A DNA stretch of 63,010 nucleotides, counting the filler, from Octopus bimaculoides (lineage: Eukaryota), in assembly GCF_001194135.2 (NCBI RefSeq). It is 6 parts of 5 records of this genome, joined end to end, with 100 filler letters (N's around TTAATTAATTAA, not from the genome) between each part and the next. Parts side by side here need not be neighbours in the genome. Positions count along the whole stretch, not along the records: positions 12,947 to 26,817 come from NW_026315823.1; 5 more parts are not named here. One strand, 5' to 3'. A model generated the notes under the pieces. That model was not told the origin of the DNA. It worked only from the letters and a program-made list of their open reading frames with translations, and did not search any database. The translations under genes and the position numbers were made by a program. Shown piece after piece: positions 12,947-25,728 of the stretch (position 1 is the first letter of the stretch; each line of letters opens with the position of its first letter).

Positions 12947-14886
12947 AAAGACGCGAACTTTTAAATGCATGTAGACATGCGTCCAAATTTAAAATGTTGG
13001 CAAGTAATATACCGTATGGATAGTATATATATATTTTTTTGATAATGTTTGACTCCTTGTTTGACTCCATACTATTGGATTGGTACCGCATTATAAATGA
13101 TTTATTTAGCGTTGTAAGAATTTTGTATAGACCCCTACGTCATTTTAAGAAAACCTTCGACTGTTTTATACATAGTTTTTTTTTCTTCTTCCTTGTTTTT
13201 ACTTTTTACTTCATTCTATTCTATTTATTTTAAAACACTTTGTATGCAAATTTTACCATTTTTATGGACGATTCGATATATAGAATTCTATTATGCATGT
13301 ACTTTCGCCCGATTTTAACTTTTATACACCCAGCAGTTTCTTAAAAAGTTGTCTGCATATATACGCTGAGATCTAAAAGGGTTTTTTTATGTAGATGTCT
13401 GTATTGTAACAACACTTACGTATTCATATGTGTGCATCTACGCTTACATATAGGGCCTAGGTTTACACTTGTGCATATGCAGTTATGATTTCATGTGTGT
13501 GCGTTTTTGTGTATACATGGGTAAGAGTATATGCTTTTATTTATTTACACATACATGCATCTATTCGCGTGTGTGAATCTATGTTATATATGGGAATGTG
13601 CGCTTAGGTTCACACTCACACATACTTGAATGTGTGCATACGCATGTATATGGTTATGTTTGTGAGTATTTACGTACATATCCCAATATATATCTATATA
13701 CGTGATGCTATATACATTTTTGTATACGCATATATACGCAGTCTAAATTTTATGTATGTTTACTATATACATATGTTCTTGCTCATTTTCTCTCTCTACT
13801 TCTTTCTTCCCATTCCTGCCTTTCTCTCTTTTCTTCCTTTTCTGTTTTTCTTTCTTTTTCTCTTTCTATCTTCCTTTCCTTCATCACGATAGCCACACTT
13901 TCTCCCTTTCTATATTGGTAACGTTATTATAGATACGTTACTCTTTACCCCTCTACTCCACAGCTTAAGATACAATTTTTGTTACGAGCGCATATGTTTT
14001 TTCGTGCGCGAACTTAAATGCGTGTGTATGTATATGTGTATAAATTTGTATTCATGTATATATTTGTGCCTTGCAAATATATCCCTATATACATAGATTG
14101 TCTGTGCGTATGCATCTGTGTATTTTGATGTATATATATATATATATATATATNNNNNNNNNNNNNNNNNNNNNNNNNNNNNNNNNNNNNNNNNNNNNNN
14201 NNNNNNNNNNNNNNNNNNNNNNNNNNNNNNNNNNNNNNNNNNNNNNNNNNNNNNNNNNNNNNNNNNNNNNNNNNNNNNNNNNNNNNNNNNNNNNNNNNNN
14301 NNNNNNNNNNNNNNNNNNNNNNNNNNNNNNNNNNNNNNNNNNNNNNNNNNNNNNNNNNNNNNNNNNNNNNNNNNNNNNNNNNNNNNNNNNNNNNNNNNNN
14401 NNNNNNNNNNNNNNNNNNNNNNNNNNNNNNNNNNNNNNNNNNNNNNNNNNNNNNNNNNGTATGTATATATATATATATGTTGTGGATAGTCTAGTATGCA
14501 TATATGCTATTGTAATTTTATTTTATTTTGAATGCAGCGTATATTTTATTTTATTCGATTTGATTTTAACGTGTTAATTCGAATATAATTAATTATTTAC
14601 AATATGTATTTTGAACCCATTTTTTATTTAAGGTTTTCTTCGATATTGTTTTAAAAATAGGATGAATCTATATTAAATTCATTTGTTTTGTTCATTACGT
14701 ATCCATGACCGTTATTTGAAACGACCAATCAAACAGATCTATGTGTTTCAAATTTTATATTCCTTTTGATTGCATTGTTATTCCTTTCTCATTTCTAACA
14801 AAACTGTCCGATGAACGGGAACATGANNNNNNNNNNTTTTATATTCCTTTTGATTGCATTGTTATTCCTTTCTCATTTCTAACAAA

Positions 14887-14926
14887 ACTGTCCGATGAAC
14901 GGGAACATGAAACTCAGAGTAACAGT
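14887..14926 (+). ncRNA. Degenerate type I hammerhead ribozyme (family 1)
   Basis: ACTGT-CCGATGA-ACG GGAA CAT-GAAA-CTC A GAG-TA|ACAGT. Helix I 5 bp, palindromic helix III, U4C in the core and one helix II mismatch. Confidence 0.6.
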
Positions 14927-15233
14927 CTTTTGTTATATTTCTGCTGCTTTTAAATAAAGCATATTACTCTACCTCTGGTATTTGAGTACTCTTTTTTCCA
15001 CCTTGTTGCACAGTTTATGTGCTTACTCCGGTATATATATATATATACACAATAGAAAATAGAAACTACACGTGGAAAATATATGAGGAAAGTAAGAAGA
15101 AAAAAACGAAAATGAACATTGAATATCAAAAATATAAAGGCTTTTTATGAAAAGTAGCGATAAACATATACAATTAGAGGAACTGAGGTAGAATTAAAAT
15201 GAATAAAAGTCATTATTTTGAATTGTGAGAGAG

Positions 15234-15280
15234 ATTCAAAGTCATACCGGTATCGTCATTGCTGTTCACTGGCTTTGAAT
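15234..15280 (-). ncRNA. Atypical hammerhead-like motif in the inverted pseudo-LTR (G3/C8 core, GAUA)
   Basis: Minus strand: ATTCAAAGCCA-GTGAACA-GCAATGAC-GATA-CCGG-TA|TGACTTTGAAT. 11-bp helix I with one mismatch and ACCGGT palindrome. Confidence 0.4.
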
Positions 15281-16433
15281 GCGCACCGATTACCAAACGG
15301 TGTCGGGTCTACTAGTCCCTAAGTAAAAAGATTGTGTGTACGGGAGGTAAGAAGTTCTGGACGTGGTGTAATTAGGGTCGATATAATACTGTAATATGAA
15401 TAGATATGGAATGTATGGGGGTTAGTGGGATTATTGGAAAGGTTAGTAGTATTCTGTATTATGTTGTGTTCATGTTAAGTTGTAGATGATATTTATTGAT
15501 GAAAGTTTCTTCTTTATTCATTCTTTGTTGTGCTGATTTGTTCTGTAAACATTGATAGATGGGGGAAATTAGGAAATTAGGATTAAGGTTCCTAGCACAC
15601 CTTTCTCTGTGTTCACTGACCTGTATCTGTCTATATTGTGGGAGACGGATTTGTTCTTTGTGGAGAGTGGTTCTTCGACGGAGTGATGTTCCTGTTTGGC
15701 CAATATATTGATTACTGCACCCTCAGTAGGTAATGGCATGCATTAGGTTTTCTGACAAAAAATTATCAAGAGCACAATGCAACCGAAATCATTGAAAAAA
15801 ATATTAGCCAACGAAAACTACATCGATTAACAACGGAACCAAAGTGAAAAAATGCGGTCGGCCTAACTGTGGCACATGCCCCCACCTCTTTGAGGGTACA
15901 GAGTGACACTTTAAACAATGTGAAATATTTTTAGATTAAATTAAATTTCACCTGTGCCTCGGAAAACCTAATCTATGCCATTACCTACTTAGGGTGCAGT
16001 AATCAATATATTGGCCAAACAGGAATATCACTCCATCGAAGAACCACTCTCCACAATGGACAAATCCGCCACCCACAATTCAGACAGATACAGGTCAGTG
16101 AATACATAGCAAGGTGTTCTAGGAACCTTAATCCTAATTTCCTAATTTTCCCCTTCTATCAATGTTCACAGAACACCTCAGTACAGCAAAGAATAAATAA
16201 CGAAGCAACCTTCATCAATAAATATCACCCACAACTTAACATGAACACAACATAATACAGAACACTACTAACCTTACCAATAATACCGCTAGCCCCCATA
16301 CATTCCATACACTTTTCATATTACAGTATTATATCGACCCTTAATTGCACCACGTCCAGAGCTACTTACCTCCCTTACACAATCTTTTTACTCAGGGACT
16401 CGTAGACCCGACACCGTTTGGTAATCGGTGCGC

Positions 16434-16480
16434 ATTTAAAGCCAGTGAAGAGCAACGACGATACCAGTATGACTTTGAAT
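16434..16480 (+). ncRNA. Atypical hammerhead-like motif in the direct pseudo-LTR
   Basis: ATTTAAAGCCA-GTGAAGA-GCAACGAC-GATA-CCAG-TA|TGACTTTGAAT. The core deviates at positions 3 and 14. Confidence 0.35.
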
Positions 16481-19400
16481 CTCTTTAACAATTCAAAATA
16501 ATGACTTTTATTCATTTTAATTCGACTTCAGTTTATCTAATTGTATATATTTATCGCTACTTTTCATAAAAAGCCTTTATTTTTGTGATATTCTATGTGC
16601 ATTTTCGCTTTCTTCTTACTTTCCTCATGTCTTTTCCACGTGTTGTTTCTATTTTTATTTTGAAACATATTTCTATTGTGAGATCGAAAATGCCACAGAT
16701 ACTAAACTCTGCAGTTAAAACTCTCAATGAAGATACTCTAAAGGAAGTAAAAGAGATTAACTCGAATTTGAGACTCTTAATTAACAAGATTGATGAACTT
16801 ACTCGATTTACACAAGAAGCAAAGGAAAAAGAAGAGAAAGGGCAATCTCTGGAACAACTTAATCAAGATTTGACCGAATTAAGCACCACCCTTCAATGTT
16901 TGCCTCACAATAATTTTGTAAATGAAAATCCCCCTACAGACTATACACACGACGGAACCTCCTCCACGTTTACATAATCAATTAAAAACCGGATTATCCA
17001 GATCTGGAATGAGAAACTTAAAGCCAGAAAATTTTCTTTCTGGAATATGATTAAAAACAACAAGGCAGAAATTTATGAACGCTGGTTAAATTCAACACCA
17101 AAACTTTTACCTCGTAAATTTCAAATTGAACCTATACCAAACGAGCAGGACCAACAAAGACAATGAAGGGAGAAACTAACAATGGAAAAAAAACGAAGAC
17201 AGAAATCGAACTCCTTAAGCTTAGAGCGTTAAGCAATGAACAAAAATATAAAAACATAGATGAGGAAATATATACTGAATCAAAGAAACATTCAGATGGT
17301 CAACGCTTGGAGAGTGTTTTTAAACTGTGGAAAACAACTTGTGAAGCTGAAGAAACCAATTCCCTACAACGCTGGGAAAGACAAGCTAATTTTTTCCTAA
17401 ACTACGAAACACAATTCAACAAAGAAAACATATTGTATAACCCCTTCCCGAAGAAAAAGAAACCAAAAACCCACGCAGAAATGACCCCACATTTATCTAA
17501 CTCAAACCACAGACAATCTAGGGGACACAACTCCACCGACCTAATCTCCCTTATACCCAAAAATAACATTCAAACAAGAAATAGGAATTCAGCTCGTAAT
17601 AAAAAATCCTGACGTAATTTTCAAGGACCCCTACATACAAATCAAAAGATCCATCCAAGCCTCCAGACTAACCTAAACTTTCGGGAACCACTTACCTACC
17701 AGTCTACCTCCAGCATCTCAGAGTCAATGGAAACATTTGCCTCCCACACTTAACCCTCAATATGGATACTTTAAGCATTCAACTAGACACACCTAACTAG
17801 ACAACATAACTTCGCCCTCCACACAAATACAAAATTAAAAATAAATTTTACCCATATCACATCAACCATAGACAATATAACAACCCTCAGTCCAACCATA
17901 ATCTAGTCCGCTACACAGTTACCCCACCACAAACATACTACCACAGACACACTACATCCCATTTTCTCCTCACCAAACCAAGCACAATGCAGATTTTCCA
18001 CAACAATCCACCTACTACAACCATTTTTTATACCTAAATCAGAGAAACATGTGAAATGGAACAAAATGTACAAGAACAACCGAAAATAATTAACTTATCA
18101 AAGAAAATCCTAAGTATTACACAAACTAAAATTCTACTAAGAGGTTTAAAGTTTACACCAATCCCTCACAGATCGAACCCAAAGGAAATTAAGGATAACA
18201 CTATGGATTTTTGTCGCAAATTGCGCCTCACAGAAGCACTTCACAACTACACCAGCGAAGATGACTCAATAGTAAGAGAACAAAAGCTAATACTGTCCTA
18301 CAAAAGGGAGAAATAAAGCACTTGATTTTTGTGAACACATTACCAATTTTCCTTTCACTGCCCTACAAAAACAAGGAATTAAATCCAACCTTAGCAGAAA
18401 TGAACGGAAAAGTCTAATCGAATAAAAAATTATATAAACCTGACCATTAAAAAAGCTGATAAAGGAAGTGCGGTAGTAGTGATGGACAGAATACTATAAA
18501 CATTTAATACACTCCATGTTGGAAAACAATATTTACTATGAGATGATAGTACAATACAACTCACAGAAGACACTTAAAAACTTATCCTCCTTACTTCAAA
18601 TACATGGAAAGGGCCTCACTAAAAAAGAAATTGACTATTTATCCAATATCAAATACAGACCAAGTCTATTCTACGGATTACCTAAAATACACAAAAATCT
18701 ACATATTTCTAAAGCTTGCAAAAATTCTTCAAGCCTATGCATTAATGTTCCTCCCCCTACTGACCTCAAACTAAGAACCACCATTGCTGGCCCCGTTTGT
18801 GAAACTCACAGTTTGAGAAATTTCCTCGACATCTTACTGAAACCGTTTCTAAAATAAGTGAAAAGCTTCATCAGGGATGACTTAGACATGCTTAACCAAC
18901 TCCCGAAGACAATAAATGAAGGAACGCTGTTAGTATCGTTCGATGTGGTGAAACTGTACACCAATATCCCACGCGATTCACCTTCTGGCTAGAAAAATAC
19001 CCAGAAGAGATCCCAGGACGCATCAACCACAAATTCATAATCGCAGAACTTAAATTAATCCTACTGAACAACTATTTCATGTTCGATACATTCTTCTATT
19101 GACATTAATGTAGAATTGCAATGGGAACCCGAGCTGCCCCAGTGATTGCGAACCTTGTAATAGGTTACCTAGAACTTAAAATATACCAATCGTCACTACA
19201 AAAATATGGCACCTCATTTCATTGCTATTTAAAGGAGAACTGGAAGAGGTATTTAGATGATTGTTTTATACTTTGGAAAGATAGCATGGACAAACTCTTC
19301 GATTTCAAAATAATGCTCAACAATATCAATAGCAACATACAATTTACCATGGAACACAGCAGCAAACAACTCCCTTTTCTTGGCATCCTAATTATAATAG

Positions 19401-19720
19401 TCGATAAACACATTGAAACAGACATCTATAAACCCACAGATTCAGAACAATACCTATTATTCAACTTATAATCTAGCGAAAAGAATCTGTACTATAGTTT
19501 CGGACAATAATACTCGTGAACGAAGACTCCCTGAACTCAGATCAATACTAATTAAACGAGCATAGGAAATAGATATACGGACATTAAGGGAAGTCAACCC
19601 ACGGAAGACACTTTAAAACTTATCCTCCTTACTTCAAATACATGGAAAGGGCCTCACTAAAAAAGAAATTGACTATTTATCCAATATTAAATACAGAGCA
19701 AGTAAGAAGAAAAAAAGCGA

Positions 19721-20036
19721 AATACATTCACTGGTTTTCAAAAATAGAAATATTAATATTTATAAGTCTCTCTAAAGGAGACTACGGCAGCGGTACTGGA
19801 TATTAATAGTTATCGCCAAGCCAACATGGCAGTCCAATGGACACAGATTCGTGTGTCACATAGCTAGCTAGAGGCGATGGCCGCTTGGAACTAATCAACG
19901 GCAGCATTCGTCCCATTTTTGAGACTGCCATGTTGGCTTGGCGATAACTATTAATATCCAGTACCGCTGCCGTAGTCTCCTTTAGAGAGACTTATAAATA
20001 TTAATATTTCTATTTTTGAAAACCAGTGAATGTATT
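19721..20036. repeat. 114-bp perfect inverted repeat with 88-bp spacer, a truncated member of the hammerhead family 2 repeat
   Basis: Arms 19721-19834 and 19923-20036 are identical by eye. 19836-20008 matches 25774-25946. Confidence 0.92.
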
Positions 20037-20082
20037 CCACTGAATTTAGGTAAATAATCCTTCGTACAGACGGTCGTACAGA

Positions 20083-23000
20083 CAGTCATTGTTGCTACCG
20101 TTGTTAAGTGAGTTCGTTCGTGTTTATTTGTTAATAATTTTGACTGTTATTTGTGAACTGTTTCTAAGTTATTTTCGCCCTACGGGGCAGAAAATTTCTG
20201 ATTTTTTTTTTTTTTTTTGTAAACTGTTAACCTTTTTAGGTTATTTTGAAAAATTCTTTTTCTTTGTCATTTGTGACAAGTTTCTCGTCCTGTCATTTTC
20301 CCGAGATGGGAGACGGCAAAAATTTCGATACACCAAGGGACACCCAGGCTAAACAAAGTTTCTCAGACGCCGTAGGCGGTAACATCATTGAACTGGAAGT
20401 AGCAATGGACAAACTCTTCCAGTTCAGAAAATTAATACAAAAATCTGGTGAGGAGACAAAACTGGTACCGCCCCCTGAAACCATACAAGCCATACGAGAA
20501 AAGACCGTAATTTATAAAGTTTATAATATAAAAGAAAATAGAATAGCGGATGTAAAAAATGAAATAGTAGAACGGTGCTTGGCACCAATATGGAACAAGA
20601 TTCGCTACGTTAGCCGAGGAGTGAGAAGCGCTACAATAGAAGCTCACTTCGAGTCGGCGAGCGTAGCGAAAGAAATTTCAACTCAAACTTTAAAAAACGA
20701 ACAGATCATGCTGCTGCCTACATACTTAGGCCGCAGAACGGCTAAAATCACTGTGGAGGATATACCCGTGGTTTTCGAAGTAATGTGGGTAGCAACTGCA
20801 ATAATTTTTGATGTAGAGGAGAAGTTATCAATATTGAGCATGAGAAAAAAAGAGGCGACGAACTGGAAAGGCCAGAGCCTTGAAATGGTGATTCAGGCAG
20901 ACAGTTCGACCCTGGAAAATCTACCAGATAGAGTCTTCGTGGTNNNNNNNNNNNNNNNNNNNNNNNNNNNNNNNNNNNNNNNNNNNNNNNNNNNNNNNNN
21001 NNNNNNNNNNNNNNNNNNNNNNNNNNNNNNNNNNNNNNNNNNNNNNNNNNNNNNNNNNNNNNNNNNNNNNNNNNNNNNNNNNNNNNNNNNNNNNNNNNNN
21101 NNNNNNNNNNNNNNNNNNNNNNNNNNNNNNNNNNNNNNNNNNNNNNNNNNNNNNNNNNNNNNNNNNNNNNNNNNNNNNNNNNNNNNNNNNNNNNNNNNNN
21201 NNNNNNNNNNNNNNNNNNNNNNNNNNNNNNNNNNNNNNNNNNNNNNNNNNNNNNNNNNNNNNNNNNNNNNNNNNNNNNNNNNNNNNNNNNNNNNNNNNNN
21301 NNNNNNNNNNNNNNNNNNNNNNNNNNNNNNNNNNNNNNNNNNNNNNNNNNNNNNNNNNNNNNNNNNNNNNNNNNNNNNNNNNNNNNNNNNNNNNNNNNNN
21401 NNNNNNNNNNNNNNNNNNNNNNNNNNNNNNNNNNNNNNNNNNNNNNNNNNNNNNNNNNNNNNNNNNNNNNNNNNNNNNNNNNNNNNNNNNNNNNNNNNNN
21501 NNNNGAGATATGCGAAAATTGGCGAGGAGGAATGGAAAGAAAAACTCCAAGAAATCGTTAAAGAACAATTAATCAAAGATGTCACCCAGGAGGTGATATC
21601 CCGAAAGCTTATCATCAGCCCAGCAACCACACCAACCCAGAGCCCGGTGGCAACGCCGGTGAAGAGCCCAGCAGCTAAGGGCAGTGCTGAGGAAGCAGGC
21701 AGACACAAACTGTCATGCTCCCTCTCACAACCGTAAGTAAATATTTTTCTTTTCTCGATGATTAAGTTAGGCTGTTTAAATGTACGTGGAATGGGGTCGA
21801 GATGGAAACAGGTTCGTTCCCTGAATGACCTCACAACACATAGAATAGATGTGGCTATTGTAACCGAGTCCAAGATGAAGGTACCTCAAGCGTTCTCGCC
21901 TCTTCTGAATGGTTACGAAAAATTTATTTCTCCTAGCCGAGGAGGTGCAGGCGTGGCAGTCCTTATCAAGAAGAACTTGGACTTACAGGTTAGTACTGTC
22001 TTTCTGGACCCAAAAGGTAGACTGGTTGTCCTGGATGTGACTCATGTGAGTAAGCAGTCCTTCAGGTTGGTAGCTGTCTACGCTCCTACAGAGTGTTGGC
22101 AGTCGGCTTTTTACCGGGACCTGGAGCACTTTCTGGTGACGTCAAAAACGGTAGTAATGGTAGAGAACTTCAACACTATTCTCGATGCACGGGTCGATAG
22201 TGTGGGCTCGACTGATATGAAGGGGAATCCTTGCCTCAAGAGGCTACTAGAAAGCTATAACCTAGTAGACCGTTACCGACTGAGTGAGCCAATCGTTCCA
22301 CAGTGGACTTGGAGTAATAACGATGGCTCACGCAGATCGTACTTAGATAGAGTATTCGTTAAGGACCTAGATAAGGATACTGTTAACTGTCCACAATTCT
22401 GTATTGTACCTAACACTGATCACAATCTTATGACGTGTGAGGTGCATGTAGATAAGTGTCATAGACAGGGACCCGGATACTGGAAAATAAACAAGTCTAT
22501 TTTGACTTGTGAATCTTTCCGTGCCCGGATTAAGGAGTTAGTTCAGAGGGCATTATGTGGCACCATCATTAATAATAGATGGTGGCACGCCCTCAAAAGA
22601 GCCATCCGTTTAGAGTCCACTAGATTTAGCAAACAGCTAAGTTTAGATGGGACTAAAAGAGAGGGTGAATTAGTTAAGAACTTAGACGAGGCATTAGAAT
22701 CTGGCTCCGCATCTAGAGTGTTAGCGGCGAGAACGGTCTTGTATCGTCACCTCAATGCCAAGCACGAAGGTTGCAGAGTCAGAGCTAAATTACGTGCAGG
22801 GAAACGAGAAGGAATTAACGTAGCCAGATGGGCACGTCGTGAGGAGTGTCAGAAGGGCAAGAAGTCCTATATTAAGTCTTTAACTGACGAACGAGGACGC
22901 AAGATCTATGGACAGGAGGAGATGCAAAAGGTTTTTCACNNNNNNNNNNNNNNNNNNNNNNNNNNNNNNNNNNNNNNNNNNNNNNNNNNNNNNNNNNNNN

Positions 23001-25652
23001 NNNNNNNNNNNNNNNNNNNNNNNNNNNNNNNNNNNNNNNNNNNNNNNNNNNNNNNNNNNNNNNNNNNNNNNNNNNNNNNNNNNNNNNNNNNNNNNNNNNN
23101 NNNNNNNNNNNNNNNNNNNNNNNNNNNNNNNNNNNNNNNNNNNNNNNNNNNNNNNNNNNNNNNNNNNNNNNNNNNNNNNNNNNNNNNNNNNNNNNNNNNN
23201 NNNNNNNNNNNNNNNNNNNNNNNNNNNNNNNNNNNNNNNNNNNNNNNNNNNNNNNNNNNNNNNNNNNNNNNNNNNNNNNNNNNNNNNNNNNNNNNNNNNN
23301 NNNNNNNNNNNNNNNNNNNNNNNNNNNNNNNNNNNNNNNNNNNNNNNNNNNNNNNNNNNNNNNNNNNNNNNNNNNNNNNNNNNNNNNNNNNNNNNNNNNN
23401 NNNNNNNNNNNNNNNNNNNNNNNNNNNNNNNNNNNNNNNNNNNNNNNNNNNNNNNNNNNNNNNNNNNNNNNNNNNNNNNNNNNNNNNNNNNNNNNNNNNN
23501 NNNNNNNNNNNNNNNNNNNNNNNNNNNNNNNNNNNNNNNNNNNNNNNNNNNNNNNNNNNNNNNNNNNNNNNNNNNNNNNNNNNNNNNNNNNNNNNNNNNN
23601 NNNNNNNNNNNNNNNNNNNNNNNNNNNNNNNNNNNNNNNNNNNNNNNNNNNNNNNNNNNNNNNNNNNNNNNNNNNNNNNNNNNNNNNNNNNNNNNNNNNN
23701 NNNNNNNNNNNNNNNNNNNNNNNNNNNNNNNNNNNNNNNNNNNNNNNNNNNNNNNNNNNNNNNNNNNNNNNNNNNNNNNNNNNNNNNNNNNNNNNNNNNN
23801 NNNNNNNNNNNNNNNNNNNNNNNNNNNNNNNNNNNNNNNNNNNNNNNNNNNNNNNNNNNNNNNNNNNNNNNNNAGTCCACCGTTCAGATAAACGGTTACC
23901 TAACGGAGCCGTTTTCGATCGAGCGTTCAGTTCGTCAAGAGTGTCCCTTGTCTCCCATTCTGTATGTTTTGGCCCTGGAACCATTACTGCGGAGGCTGGA
24001 GAAGTTCGGTGGCAACCCAGATGAGATTGGATGCGGTTGGTTCTCTTCTGCTTACGCGGACGACGTCACCCCAATCGTGTCTAACGAAGCACAACTACCT
24101 CGTGTAGAAGTTGCTCTCCGACGATACGAAGCGGTGGCAAGAGCAAAAGTTAACAAGGATAAGTCGCTCGGTTTGCGCCTCGGCACCTGGAGGAACAAGC
24201 CGATATCGTCCAGTGTCGTCGGACATTGGACGGATGGTCCTGTTAAGTTGCTTGGAGTTTGGCTTGGTCCGAACTCCCAGACGGAGAAGAATTGGAACGA
24301 GGTAGTGGAAAAGGTGGAGGTCATAGTACGGAGGTGGTNNNNNNNNNNNNNNNNNNNNNNNNNNNNNNNNNNNNNNNNNNNNNNNNNNNNNNNNNNNNNN
24401 NNNNNNNNNNNNNNNNNNNNNNNNNNNNNNNNNNNNNNNNNNNNNNNNNNNNNNNNNNNNNNNNNNNNNNNNNNNNNNNNNNNNNNNNNNNNNNNNNNNN
24501 NNNNNNNNNNNNNNNNNNNNNNNNNNNNNNNNNNNNNNNNNNNNNNNNNNNNNNNNNNNNNNNNNNNNNNNNNNNNNNNNNNNNNNNNNNNNNNNNNNNN
24601 NNNNNNNNNNNNNNNNNNNNNNNNNNNNNNNNNNNNNNNNNNNNNNNNNNNNNNNNNNNNNNNNNNNNNNNNNNNNNNNNNNNNNNNNNNNNNNNNNNNN
24701 NNNNNNNNNNNNNNNNNNNNNNNNNNNNNNNNNNNNNNNNNNNNNNNNNNNNNNNNNNNNNNNNNNNNNNNNNNNNNNNNNCTGACAAGCACTCTGGCTA
24801 ATCCACAAGTCGGGCAAAGCTGGCTGCGGAAATACCACCTCGGTATTCTATAGAGGGCTGGAAGAGGCAAAAATGACGACGTCCTAGGAGGGTTCGATGA
24901 GAACCAATTTACCAACCTGTTCCAGAAAACCTTCAGGCCGGGGTATTTGGATAATTACCAAAAATCCCTGACTTGGCAGTGTTACAGGAACGCTTTACCT
25001 GTTCGCTATAAGTTATCTCGGCACGAAATGGCAGTGCCACCGACATGTCCAAGATGTGAGTTGGACAGTGAAACTGTCCAGCACGCTTTTGTACATTGTC
25101 GGGAACTTTCGAGTTTGATAATTTAAGTAGAACACGTGTTGTCACATCTGGGACGAGTACAGCTATCGGCTGGATCCATAATAACGATGATACCGCCAAC
25201 TGGACTCTCAAAGGAAGGTGAGGCATGTTTTTACTGTACGGTTGCAGTACTGAAAGAGTGTGTTTGCAGGACTAGAATGGAAGGATTAGTGACAGGGTCC
25301 TTCGTCTCTAGCCCCGGTTTGCTATCATACTTCAGAATATGAAAAACGATGGAAGGATGTGATGAGAAAGGTGGGTGTCAGGAACCCAGCTTAATCATCG
25401 AGAAAAGGAAAGGTTAGCTGCTGGGCCTTATTGGCTACCAAGTTCGATCTTTTAAACTTTGCATTCTCTTTTCTTTCTTTGTGTCTTTTTCTTTATTTAA
25501 TTCTTAGTTTAAAGTTCTAGTTTAAAGTTATCCAAATTTAATTATATATGTTAATTTTTATCCCAACGCTCATTCGAACTCATATTAACATTTTTGTATT
25601 ATTTGTCCTGTATTGTCTTTTCTGTATATAGATCATTATGATCGTAATAAAG
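20083..25652 (+). mobile_element. Tx1/L1-clade LINE, apparently full length (ORF1 20306-21736; ORF2 from 21758 to about 25390), with large N gaps
   Basis: APE motifs LGCLNVRG, VTES, VAVYAPT, NFN, SYLDRVFV, TDH, GPGYWKIN. RT motifs RQECPLSPILY, SAYADDVT. C-terminal CPRCELDSETVQHAFVHC. T-rich 3' UTR ending AATAAA. Termini approximate. Confidence 0.9.
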
Positions 25653-25676
25653 ATTTAAGCGACGCCTGCTGGGTTC

Positions 25677-25728
25677 GGCTGCTCTACATTGATAAGAGGC
25701 AATACCTCGAAACTAGTCTGTAGATGCC
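25677..25728 (+). ncRNA. Type I hammerhead ribozyme with U3-A8 core (family 2)
   Basis: GGC-TGC-TCTACA-TTGATAA-GAGG CAATA CCTC-GAAA-C TA G-TC|TGTAGA-T-GCC. Predicted cleavage after C25718; helix III is the palindrome ACTAGT. Confidence 0.75.

Larger units (their letters stand above)
15050..19700 (+). mobile_element. Penelope-like retroelement: inverted pseudo-LTR, direct pseudo-LTR with GIY-YIG, long N-terminal region and 3'-truncated RT
   Basis: Inverted repeat 15050-15752 / 15962-16662. GIY-YIG NLIYAIT...QYIGQT...RRTTLH ends at 16255, with a CGRPNCGTC linker. RT motifs IINLS, RGLKFTP, KADKGSAVVVM, FYGLPKIHK, SFDVVKLYTNIP, MGTRAAP, WKRYLDD, PFLG, TDIYKPTD. Confidence 0.92.

Noticed and set aside
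14753-14910. Apparent tandem hammerhead dimer
   Set aside because: The first copy stops at a 10-N gap before GAAA is complete; probably a contig-overlap artefact.
16690-19560. Selenocysteine read-through (Naiad-type PLE)
   Set aside because: The interruptions seen are frameshifts and mostly TAA-type stops, and the endonuclease is in a pseudo-LTR rather than N-terminal to the RT.
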